A stretch of DNA of 63,138 nt, the filler included, from Neoconidiobolus thromboides FSU 785 (lineage: Eukaryota > Fungi > Entomophthoromycota): assembly GCA_025603075.1 (NCBI GenBank). It is 9 parts of 9 records of this genome, joined end to end, with 100 filler letters (N's around TTAATTAATTAA, not from the genome) between each part and the next. Parts side by side here need not be neighbours in the genome. Positions count along the whole stretch, not along the records: positions 1 to 7,803 come from MU626697.1; positions 7,904 to 25,115 come from MU626581.1; 7 more parts are not named here. One strand, given 5' to 3'. A program made the translations under genes and the position numbers. Under the pieces are notes generated by a model, which was not told the DNA's origin, made no database searches, and was given only the letters and a program-made list of their open reading frames with translations. This document shows, piece by piece, positions 1 through 10,522 of this stretch (positions are counted from its first letter, which is position 1; each line of letters begins with the position of its first letter).

Positions 1-31
1 TCTTATCTTTTATAATAAAAAAACAAAAAAG

Positions 32-325
32 ATGAAATTCATGATATTTAGTTCAATGGTATTCTTTTTATCAGTTATCAATGCTGCATATCAAGGTGAT
101 TATGGTAATGATGGCGGGTATGGTGGTGGATATGGATGTAAACCAAAGACAGTTACAAAAACTTCAATTGTAACTCAAACTAAAACTGCTACTGTAACTA
201 GAAAACCAACTGATTGCCCTACTCCTTGTTATCCTAAAACAGTCACTTCTACTAAAGTTGTTACTTCTACTGGTACTAAGACTATTACTGTTAAACCCAC
301 CTACTGTCCTACGCCTTATTATTAA
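32..325 (+). CDS. Small secreted Thr/Cys-rich protein (97 aa) with two 30-aa repeats; probable cell-wall or surface protein
   Basis: Hydrophobic signal peptide MKFMIFSSMVFFLSVINA, Gly/Tyr-rich linker, then CKPKTVT...KPTDCPTP and CYPKTVT...KPTYCPTP. Codon usage resembles the highly expressed genes in the window. Confidence 0.8.
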   Translation: MKFMIFSSMVFFLSVINAAYQGDYGNDGGYGGGYGCKPKTVTKTSIVTQTKTATVTRKPTDCPTPCYPKTVTSTKVVTSTGTKTITVKPTYCPTPYY

Positions 326-1176
326 AATTGGTTTTATAACCTTATTTTTTTAAATATTAAGTTGTTTATAGTTTGGTTTTAACTTTAATTACAGAATTTG
401 TTAATAGTTTATAAAGTTTGATAGTTTAAAGGTTAAACAGTATTAAAATATATAGAAAGATAAACTTATCTAAGATGATAGGAGTATAGCGCTTCTTAAG
501 ACATAATAAAAGTCATTGACTTTGCATTTTCTATGGCATAATACCATTTTGAGTAAAAGACTGACATTTCGGTTAATTTTATACTTTTTATAAATTATAA
601 ATACCTTATGTAAATTATGTTATACAGTACAAAAAATCATTAAAACTAATAGCACTTTCGAATCTTACTATGATTTTAAAAAATCTAAAAAAGGCTGAAA
701 TCTCTAGTCTATTGAAACATTAAAAATAATTACACAATCAATCAAGAACAAAGATGGATCAAGAGCCCAAGGTTGCTCTTTCTTATTTATTAACAAACAG
801 TAAAATTTTAATCAAACTCGTTAGGCTATATAATTTTTTATTCAATAAAAAGGGGGCTAATTATATAAGTATAGGCTGTTTATGAAGGGAAGTTTTGTAG
901 AGCCTATAGGTATTCCCATAAGACTACTATTAGAGACTTTCTAGGATGAATGATGGAAAAAATTTTAAAGGCAAGGAAATAGTAAAAGTAACAAGAGATT
1001 ACATATAGTGGGACTAGAGTATTGTCGCCAACTAAAGAAGCTAGAGGAAGTTAACACTGAAACATAATAAAACGTGTACTGTTTTACCTACATTAAGATT
1101 TAAAAATCCAAAAAAATATTAATTCAGTATTATTTAATTTTTATTAAATTGATATTAAGACTGAAAAAAATATATA

Positions 1177-1271
1177 AAGTGATATCTTTTTTGGTTTCGG
1201 TTATTATTCCATTTTGAGCGTTGTTGGATAGAAAAATTGTTAGTGAAATTCTTGAGGAAAAAGATATTTCT
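1177..1271 (+). mobile_element. MITE family A copy (degenerate)
   Basis: Internal GAGCG..GAAAAATTGTTAGTGAAATTCTT retained; TIRs eroded. Confidence 0.6.
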
Positions 1272-1498
1272 AGTATTTTTTTAAATCTATATTAATCTAC
1301 TTACTTTTAACACAAGCAAAACAGTTTTGTTGTAAGTATCTTTCTAATAAATCAAAATTGTGAAAATGTACATATCAATAATCGAGTAATAGTGGTATTA
1401 ATATTAGATTGAAATAAATGCCATGAGTAACGTTTTTATTTATAATTGGTTTTTATTTATAATTGAAATTAGAAGTAAATTAGCAAACCAAGAAGAAC

Positions 1499-4306
1499 TT
1501 AATGTTTACTTAACCACTCACTAACCTTGGCGTTGTCGCGTGATAACCATTGGGCAGAGGATCTTATACTTTCCAAAGTTTGTTGCAATGGACGTTGAAC
1601 CTTTTTGGTGTCTTTACCATTAAAGAATGACTCAACTTCTTCTGCGTCCTTTTCACTAGATAATTTACCAGCAGTATATTTGAGTAAATTTCCAAGAATA
1701 GCGAAATTAGTAGAGTAACGCTCTTCTAATACACCCCAGTGAGATTTAATAAATGACCATGAGGCTCTACGAGAAGCAGTATTTGCACCCAAAGAAGAGA
1801 AAATATAAATAATATCTTGATTACGTACTTGATCGGAAATACCATAATTGAGGGCTTCAGAAATAAGCTCTGGGTTACGAGTATAACCAAGTGCTCTAAG
1901 TGCAGAAAGCTTTTGATCTGGTGCATCAGTCTCAATATAAAGTTTCTTGATTGCTTGGAATTCTTCTTGACCACCTTCGGATACAACAATGTTAAATACT
2001 GGGCCACGGAGATCAGGCTGGATAGCAGATTGATCACCCTTAATAAAGAGATCGAATCTACGTTTGGCTTCACTTACAACTTCTTGACCACCACTTAAAC
2101 CAACGTTACTAATAGCAAGTGCTCTGAGTAGCCCAACAAGGTCACCTTCACCTTTGGTTGATTCCCATCCAAGTTTCTTGACAAGCTGTGAGAAAGTTTT
2201 AACACGAAGTGCTTTTAATTGATTGCGGATTTCTTCTTTTTCTTCAAACCATACTGAAACTAAACTGGCTAAACGACTAGCAAGCTGGGTCCACACTGAG
2301 TAGTTATCTTCATTGACGTAGTATTGAAGGAGTTCAAGGAAATCGGCTGAGCTTCCGATTCCACTTTGCCCAAGCGCACCAGCATCAGAAATAATATTTA
2401 TACGATCACGGGGTGATAATACATCTTTTTTAGAAATTAATTCGCCAAGTGCGGTAAGAGCAGATCGAGGGTAATGAACACGATATACACTAGTAGTGTC
2501 AAAATTAAGCTTATAGAAACCATTTTTTGGCACATTGACACGGATTTCTTTTTCAGTAAGGGTGTCATGACTTGGCTTTAAACCTGAAGCTTCAGTTGCC
2601 AAGCCTAATGGAACCCACCATGTAGATTCGTTCTCTTGAGCGGTAGTATCTCCACTTGAAAGATAACGATTTTGACGAATGAGTAAAGTTTTTTCACTTT
2701 CGGAAGCATCTTCCTCAGTAATGGCTAAGTATGGATAACCAACTTGTCTAGTCCAAAGATTCATGAATTTAGAAACATCTTGGCCAGATTCGTCGCTAAG
2801 TGCTTTCCATAAATCATTGGTTCCAGCATTGCTATACTTGTGTTTCTTGAGGTATGAGCGGATACCGGATAAGAAAACATCTTCAGTAAGATAGGCGTTT
2901 AACATACGAATAACGGAGGCACCTTTAGAATAAGAAATAGCATCGAAAATTTGATTAATTTCAAAGGCGTTTTTAACGTCCACCTCAATTGGATGAGAAC
3001 TTCTCATGGCGTCTAATTCTAATCCGCGTTCGAAGTCATCACTTACGAATTGTGTCCAGAAATCCCATTCAGGGAAAAGTTTATCTACAGCGTAGTTTCC
3101 AACCCAGGTAGCAAAACCTTCATTAAGCCATAAGTCAGACCACCATTCCATGGTAACCAAGTTTCCAAACCATTGATGAGCAAGTTCATGAGCTACAACG
3201 GATGCAATACGCTGTTTAGTTGAGTTTGAAGTTGTGGCTTCATCGAATAATAATAGAACAGTACGATAGGTGACAAGACCCCAGTTTTCCATAGCACCAG
3301 CATCGAAATCTGGAATAGCAACCATGTCCATTTTTGGTAAAGGATAAGGAGTACCAAAGACTTCATCAAAAAGATCCAAAGTTTTGGTGCAAACATCCAA
3401 AGCAAATCTACCTTGAGAAGATTTTCCAGGTAAAGTATAAACACGGCATTTTACTGGAGTACCACTTACTTTACCTTCAGTGTGAGATTCAATGTATTCT
3501 AAATCACCGACAATGAAAGCTAAAAGCTATTTCAAAATAAGTAAAATTTACTTAATATAAAATTAGAAACTTACATAGGTTGACATGATTGGGGTAGTGG
3601 CAAATTTAACTTCTTTAAGCTCAGTTCCAGAAATTGGTTCATCAGAAATAGCATTCATATTTGAAAGTGCTACTAAATTTGATGGAACACGTAAAGTTAT
3701 ATCAAAGGTAGCTTTAATAGAAGGCTCGTCCCAACATGGGAAGGCCTTACGGGCATCGGCCGGCTCAAATTGAGTGGTGGCCATATAACGTTTGTTACCA
3801 TTTTCATCATCATAAGATGAACGATAGAAACCATTCATTTTATCATTTAAGATACCAGTAAATTCTAAATGTAATTCAGTTTCAGTCTCAGCTTCTAATT
3901 CTTGTGCGAATGATATAGTAGCGGTAGTGGTCTTTTCATCATAAGATATACTCTCAGAGTCGAAGCTATAGTTTTTGAGATACATATATTATCAGAGAGA
4001 ATTGAATTACCTTTGTTCAGTTTTACCTTGTAAATTTTTGATTTGAGCTTTTTGAATTTCAATTTCATTGCTGTTTAAAACAATCTTTGAGGTTGCTTCA
4101 TTTACTTTGATTCTATTGAAAGATTTAGAAAGTGGAAATAAGATATTAATAGTTACTTACTTAATTTGAGCATGACCTTGGAAGGTGAAGTTATTAAGGT
4201 CAGGGGTAAGGGTTAAGACATAATGAGAAGGTCTAACATTAGTTGGAAGAACTTCACGTTCGGCATTAGCTGTGAATTTGGCTTTGGCTTGAGTACTTTC
4301 ACACAT
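1499..4306 (-). CDS. APE2: M1 family (puromycin-sensitive/Ape2-like) alanyl aminopeptidase, about 888 aa, 4 exons (4306-4161, 4112-4011, 3965-3575, 3526-1499)
   Basis: N-terminal REVLPTNVRPSHY, ATTQFEPADARKAFPCWDEP, GAMENWG and HELAH...NEGFA zinc motifs, YSKGASVIRML. GT-AG introns join in frame (2667 nt). Confidence 0.95.
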
Positions 4307-4824
4307 TTTGAAAAAAAATATGTAAAATAAAGGATAGTAATGTGTTTTTATAGATGTTACGGTTTTAAATACGAGGGTATGATTTGATATGATTTAAATA
4401 ATCCAATTACTTAAGGTTCTGTACATAGCTTTATATTAATGTAGTAATAAATTATTTTTATTTGATCATCTGGTTTTTGATGACGAATTTAGATAACTCT
4501 TCTTCAAAATTTCTAACCAAATTAATTATTTTATAAATTTGAAATCAATCAATTTTTGTCCAATTAAATTTATACCCAATTAAGATTTTAAAAAAATTTT
4601 ATTAATAAATTTTAGTAGGAATCAACATTTGTCACTTCAAAATCACCACAGCAAAAAATTACCATTTTTAGATAAAGATTCCCATCGAAAAAATAGCTCA
4701 AATAGTTATTAGTTGACGAATATTTTAAATACTTAAAATTAAAGAACACAAAAGGCATAGTTATCATTTTGATGTTAGACATTAATCAATAGCTAATTTA
4801 TAGTTCTTTCTATTATTTATATAA

Positions 4825-4846
4825 TAAAAACTGCTAGCAGTTTTTA
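4825..4846. repeat. 22-bp perfect palindrome TAAAAACTGCTAGCAGTTTTTA
   Basis: Read directly; lies about 520 bp upstream of the aminopeptidase ATG. Function unknown. Confidence 0.6.
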
Positions 4847-4937
4847 ATGTAGTATGAAAATTGGTTCTCTCAAAAATTATAAAAATAACTTAAATCATAA
4901 CCATACTGACCTTTACAACATTTTTATTCCACTATAT

Positions 4938-5033
4938 GGGGATGTTTTTTTATTTCATCACTTTTGCCATTCTTTAAACGCCGTTTGAGCAGAAAGATTG
5001 TTAGTAAAAAATTCTTAAAAAAAATACACCCCC
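4938..5033 (+). mobile_element. MITE family A copy
   Basis: GGGGATGT...ACACCCCC; TSD ATAT/ATAT. Confidence 0.88.
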
Positions 5034-5909
5034 ATATAATGCTAATGTCACCATTATAATAGCTCTCACAAATTTCCAATATCACAAGTGTATTTATCAG
5101 ATATTGTCTAATCAATTTAGTTTTTAAAGCAAGGGTATTATAATCGTAATTCAAAATAGTGAGCAAAATAAAAAATAAAAGCATTGACTACTAATTAACT
5201 GAAACTTATTTTTCTGGAACTCTTTTTGAAATATTTGTAATGGTTTTATATTAGTTATATTATAGATAGTAAAAGTGCTTACATAAATAACTATTGCTAA
5301 TATCTATTTTGGTTTTGGTCTTAACCTTCTTTTAAAATATTAAACTTTCCATATTTGTAATTATTATATAAATTTAATATTATTTAAAATGCAACTTCAA
5401 TATTAAAATATTTTATTTTTTAATCATATTTGCTTATATATTAGGTCAAAAAATAGCAATATATAGAGTAATGGATTATAAGCTATTATTTATGTTTTAT
5501 AAATAATTCTAGCAAACACTTAAAAATAAATTAATAAAGAATTTTTACCATAAATGAAATCCTAAAAGTCGTATTTAAAATTTTTTTTAAAGTAATATTC
5601 AAAAACCAAAGGAGTATCCTGATATTATATATAGTGCTATCGATTTGTTTATTTATTATAACAAAGTTTATATTATTGTCAGTTTTAGTTTGTATACAAG
5701 ACAAATAAACTAATTTAATTAAAAAATATTTATCTGTCAATCCTAAAATACAAGAAAATCTCAACATCATAATTAATATATCATTAGATAGGTTTACCAT
5801 ACCATTTTTCAAGTTTTTTATATGTTCTTAAGCCTAAAAAATTCAATATTAAATTAAAAACTCTGTCATTAATTTCAACATTTTATGAATTAATTTTACA
5901 AGTCAATAT

Positions 5910-6003
5910 GTGAGAATGTATTTTTTAAGAATTTTACTAACAATCTTTCCACTCAAATAGCGCTTAAAAAACGGAAAGTTATGAAATCAAAAAAAACATC
6001 CCC
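5910..6003 (-). mobile_element. MITE family A copy
   Basis: TSD ATAT/ATAT. Confidence 0.85.
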
Positions 6004-6044
6004 ATATAATTATACATATAGTTAAAAACTATTACTAATAAACA

Positions 6045-6115
6045 CCAAGTTGGTCATAAAGGAATATATATTTTTTCCAAAAAAAACTATACTGGTTGTT
6101 TATGGACCGACTTGA
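6045..6115. mobile_element. 71-bp mini element with ~16-bp imperfect TIRs and a 9-bp target-site duplication (Mutator-like MITE)
   Basis: CAAGTTGGTC-ATAAA ... TTTATGGACCGACTTG inverted arms; TAATAAACA repeated directly at 6036-6044 and 6116-6124. Confidence 0.6.
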
Positions 6116-6225
6116 TAATAAACATTATAAACCAAAAGAGCGGGATCGGGATTAAAAATTGATGACGAAAATCTAATAATAAAGTATAAAAAAGAAGCGA
6201 ATCTCTTTTTAAAATAATTAAAACG

Positions 6226-7421
6226 ATGAACAACATTCAAAAAAGACAATTGGGAAAAAACGGGCCATTAGTCAGTGGTATTGGACTTGGATGCATGGGA
6301 ATGACATATGCCTACGGAGAACCAGGAACAAATGAAGAAAACTATAAAGTGCTAAATAGAGCTTTGGACTTGGGATGTGATTTTTGGGATACTGCAGTAA
6401 TACAGATGCTTTTCTATTTATGAAAATATTCATTATTCTAGGATGTTTATGGAGCCGGAGAAAACGAAAGGTTATTATCCAAGATCTTAAAAGAGAGAAG
6501 GGATGAAATATTTTTGTGTACCAAGTTTGGTTTAACCAAAAAGCCAGATTCATTCGAATTTATTGTTCGTGGGGATAAAGAGTATGTGAAGCAAGCTTGT
6601 GATGCTAGTTTAAAACGTTTAGAAATTAAGACAATTGATTTATATTATCAGCACAGAGTAGATCCTAATACGTGAGTCTATCGTTAATACACTTTATTTC
6701 ACTCTAATAAGATCTATAGCCCAATTGAAGAAACTGTTGAAGCTATGGCTGAATTAGTAAATGAAGGCAAAGTAAGATATTTAGGACTATCAGAATGTAG
6801 CGCAAAAACTTTAAGAAGGGCACATAAAGTTCACCCTATTGCTGCAGTACAAGTTGAATACAGGTACCATTCATTTTATGGTTATACTTGATATATTAAT
6901 AAATCTAAAGCCCTTGGGAAACTGGTATTGAAAAAAATGGCTTATTAGACACATGTAAAGAGCTAGGAGTTGCTGTTATAGCTTTTTCACCATTAGGAAG
7001 GGGTTTTTTGACAGGAAAGTTAGATGTAAAATCTTTAAGTGACAAAGACTATCGTGCTACTAATGTTCCAAGATTGAATAAAGAGAACGTAGAGCATAAT
7101 ATTCAACTAGTAGAAAAATTTCAAGAACTATCAAATGAAAAGAATATCAAGCCATCTCAACTTTGTTTAAGTTGGTTATTATCCCAGGTAATTCAATAGC
7201 TTGTTTACATAACATATTTACTTACTTTCCTTTAGGGTGATGATATTATCCCTATCCCTGGAACGAAGAAAATTCATTATCTTGAAGAAAATTTAGAATC
7301 TTTAAATATTAAATTTTCTGATAATGATAATCAAGCTATTCGTGAGTTAGTTAATCTCGTTGGAGTGAAAGGTGGGCGTTACAATCAAGCTACTATGAAT
7401 TTATTAGATAAAGATATCTAA
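6226..7421 (+). CDS. Aldo-keto reductase (AKR13/YakC-like), 335 aa, 5 exons (6226-6396, 6442-6671, 6720-6863, 6911-7187, 7236-7421)
   Basis: GLGCMGM, DTADVYG (Asp, Tyr), CTKFG (Lys), YYQHRVDP (His), [30 protein letters not shown]. Introns restore the frame (1008 nt). Confidence 0.93.
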
Positions 7422-7543
7422 TTTTATAATAAACCTATGTAAATTTATATCTCCTATTTATGTTTAATTCATGAAGATTCTAATATTAAAAAAAATATTT
7501 TATGTTTTAAATATAACTATCGTTCTATATGTCTAGAATTTTA

Positions 7544-7803
7544 TTATATATCAACTTCTTTTAAACTTTCTGGTGGTAGCCTCTCTCCTTTAACCCCAAC
7601 CTTATTAACGATAGATCTAACCTCATTATCCAAACTATCTGGAAATTGCACTTTTAAAGTATCAAAATTATCTTCTAAATGAGCAATTGACGAAGCACCT
7701 GGTATAGAAATAAAATCATCACCCTATTTCAAATTAGTATAGAAATAGCACTAAATACTTAACAAATACCTGTTTTAAAATCCAACCAATACAAAGTTGG
7801 GCT
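7544..7803 (-). CDS. Second aldo-keto reductase paralogue, C-terminal part only (5' end lost in the gap)
   Basis: SQLCIGWILKQ|intron|GDDFISIPGASSIAHLEDNFDTLKVQF...VGVKGERLPPESLKEVDI*. Same last-intron position as the 6226 gene. Confidence 0.85.
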
Positions 7804-7903
7804 NNNNNNNNNNNNNNNNNNNNNNNNNNNNNNNNNNNNNNNNNNNNTTAATTAATTAANNNNNNNNNNNNNNNNNNNNNNNNNNNNNNNNNNNNNNNNN
7901 NNN
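7804..7903. other. Assembly gap: N44-TTAATTAATTAA-N44 artificial linker (also at 25116, 28636, 41513, 45568, 52128, 54181, 55778)
   Basis: Identical 100-bp structure eight times; the 12-mer gives stops in all six frames. Confidence 0.97.
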
Positions 7904-7904
7904 T

Positions 7905-8561
7905 GACCCAGCCATTAAATCTTTATTAGATCAAATTGAGATTATTGCTGTACCAGTTGTTAACCCAGATGGTTATGCTTATACTTGGAGCGGAGATCGT
8001 TTATGGCGTAAAAATCGTCGCTCAGTAACTGGTGGTGTAGGTATTGATCTCAATCGTAATTTCCCATATGGGTGGGGTGGAGCTGGTGCTTCTACTAGTC
8101 CATCTTCAGAAACTTACCGTGGTCCTTCTGCTGCTTCTGAAGCCGAAACTAAAGCCATTGTTAACTATTTTAAGTCTCAAGGTCCTTTCTTAGGAGCTAT
8201 TGACTTCCACTCTTACTCTCAACTTATCCTCCGTCCTTATGGAACTACTCAAACCCTTTCCCCTCATGAAGCTCAACATAAAGCTTTAGGAGAAGGTATC
8301 AAACAAAAAATTGCCGATGTTGCTGGTACTTCATATATTAATGAAAGATCTATTGATTTATATGCTTGTTCTGGTACTGCTTCTGATTGGTTTTATGCTG
8401 GTAACAATCAAAAGACTTACGGATATACCATTGAATTATCACCAGATGCAAATGCCTCAAATGGTTTTGTTCTCCCACCTTCAAGAATTATTCCAGTTGG
8501 TAAAGAAATCACCCCAGCTGTCATTTACTTCTTACAAACTGTTTTAGCTAAACCACTCTAA
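7905..8561 (+). CDS. M14A metallocarboxypeptidase, C-terminal part (5' end in gap), copy 1
   Basis: PVVNPDGY, WRKNR, GIDLNRNF, YRGPSAASEAET, IDFHSYSQLILRPYG, SGTASDW, YTIEL catalytic motifs. Confidence 0.92.
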   Translation, partial: DPAIKSLLDQIEIIAVPVVNPDGYAYTWSGDRLWRKNRRSVTGGVGIDLNRNFPYGWGGAGASTSPSSETYRGPSAASEAETKAIVNYFKSQGPFLGAIDFHSYSQLILRPYGTTQTLSPHEAQHKALGEGIKQKIADVAGTSYINERSIDLYACSGTASDWFYAGNNQKTYGYTIELSPDANASNGFVLPPSRIIPVGKEITPAVIYFLQTVLAKPL

Positions 8562-9304
8562 AATTACTATTCGATTTCAAATAAAAACTATTTAAATTAT
8601 GCTCTATGTATTTGTAAATACTGGTTAAAATATAGAAATATTTACGTTCAAATAGATTTCATAATAAAATGACTAAATGCTTCATGCTAACATTTGCATA
8701 TTCTCTTAAATATTATGCCAAGGTGAATGAATACCAAAGTTTTGCATTGAAGCTAAAAAAAATAATGAAGAGGGAATCTAAAATACAGCCTCTCAAGTTT
8801 GAAGACTTGAGAGTTATGACACTAATTTTTTTAGTAAATATAGTTGAAATTGAAAATTGTGTAAAAGATTAGCATATATCATTGGAAAAAATGCACTGTA
8901 TTAAATTAGAGGGTTCATATATATTATTGTTAATAATGAGGCTTGTCAGTTATAATACGGGGATCACGAAAGTTTTGATAGCTGAATCTCTCAAATCGAA
9001 AAAAATGTAAAAAATAGAAAAAAAGAATTCATGAACTTGGTCATACAAAAAGAAAAAACTATCAATTTATATTTTGTTATGTTTTTTCTAATTTTTTAAT
9101 TTTTTCTAATTAATTTTTGAACAAAAATCCTAAATGGGTTAGTCTCAAAGTTTACTTAGTACAAAGCCATTTGATCTTCAAAACGGTATCAAAGTTTATA
9201 GAATGATAGTGTTAGGTCGTATCTTTATTGTTTTGTATTATTATATTATTATATAAATTTTGGATAATTAATAAAATGGTAAATTTTATAGGAATCTTAC
9301 AAAT

Positions 9305-9399
9305 GGGGATGTATTCTTAAATTTAAGAATTTTACTACCCTTTTCCGCCTAAATAGCACTTAAAAGATAGAAAAGGTGATGAGCCAAAAAAACACCTCC
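9305..9399 (-). mobile_element. MITE family A copy
   Basis: TSD AAAT/AAAT. Confidence 0.88.
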
Positions 9400-9953
9400 A
9401 AATGCTTTTTAAAAGCAGTAGCATAATTAAATGATCTGTTTTCTATATTTCAAATCTGAGAAAAATGTGTCAAAGGTCAATATTCTATTTTTTGAAAATT
9501 TGTATGTTAGTTATAAAAAAGATACAAACTTGAAATTTATATGTATGAAATCCCCTATATAGTTTCACCAACTATTAAAATTTCAAGACATTCAAAGGTG
9601 TTCTTGGGGAGTTATTAATATTTCCTCAAAACTTTTCGTAACCTCTATAAATTAAATGAGAGTTTTTTATTACCTTTTGCTATTGCTTTAAAATTTACAG
9701 TTAATTAATAAATGCAGCTGTTGAAGTTCGAATGTGCATTGATAAATAATGAATTGTATAATCAGCTATTTGTTCTATCATCCTGGTTTGAGGTTTATTA
9801 ATCCAATTTTTAATTCAAAATGAATAGTTAGCTAACACTCATCCAAACTTGAATAGTGTACTAGTTAATCAACTTCAAATTTTAAAAAAATGGTAAAAAA
9901 GCATCCCCAGATCTTGACTTTATTAATATTAAGTTGGAGGTAAACGAACGTAT

Positions 9954-10046
9954 GGGGATGTTTTTTTGGCTTCATCACTTTTTCCATTTTTCAAGCGCTA
10001 TTCGAGTGGAAAGGCTATTAATATATTCTTAAAAAAAGACATCCCT
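9954..10046 (+). mobile_element. MITE family A copy
   Basis: TSD GTAT/GTAT. Confidence 0.88.
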
Positions 10047-10522
10047 GTATGGTTAAAAATCCTTTCCGATGAAAAATCAATTTCCATGCTCTAAAAAATT
10101 GATAGCATATTTAGATATAAAAAATACAGCTCTACTCTAACCCTAATATATTCCTAATAATAGTAAAAGGACTGCTTTTAGGCGTTATTTACCATAATAA
10201 TTAAAAATACTCAAATACTTATCCCTCTGAAAGCAATACCAACTGTATTTTAATTGCTTTCTTGCTTGTAATTTGTTTCATTCAAAATGAGTGAGTGAGT
10301 TATCTTGGGTAAAAAATTGCACAAATTGGCAAAAAATGCTCATCTATTGCAGTAAATATTTTACATTATGACTCCTCATTTTCAATTTAAGGTGTCAAAT
10401 AATGAAGAACAATTTGGTTTAGTTCGAAAAATTGAGCTAATCATTTCATGAAGCTTAGATCAGATTATAACTTATCCAAATAAGCTATCAGAAACATTTC
10501 ATTTTTTAATTTTTTTTGTTAA

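Noticed and set aside
1726-2098. Alternative-frame and antisense ORFs over real genes (also 3193, 3334, 3585, 8311, 11124, 13229, 22088, 24323, 30002-30674, 34366, 35026, 35793, 35944, 59659)
   Set aside because: Shadows of codon bias in the aminopeptidase, M14, HSP60, CWC22, MFS and other genes; no independent motifs.
4924-5184. Short ORFs sharing ...FKRYSSGK(I/L)VSKIL... peptides (also 19134, 19414, 20285, 33615, 38166, 40062, 41712, 49599, 49856, 57255) as a small protein family
   Set aside because: They are translations of MITE A copies; there is no common start or stop and frames vary.
7848-7859. Recurrent TTAATTAATTAA palindrome as a biological motif
   Set aside because: Always centred in N44...N44; an artificial six-frame-stop scaffolding linker.
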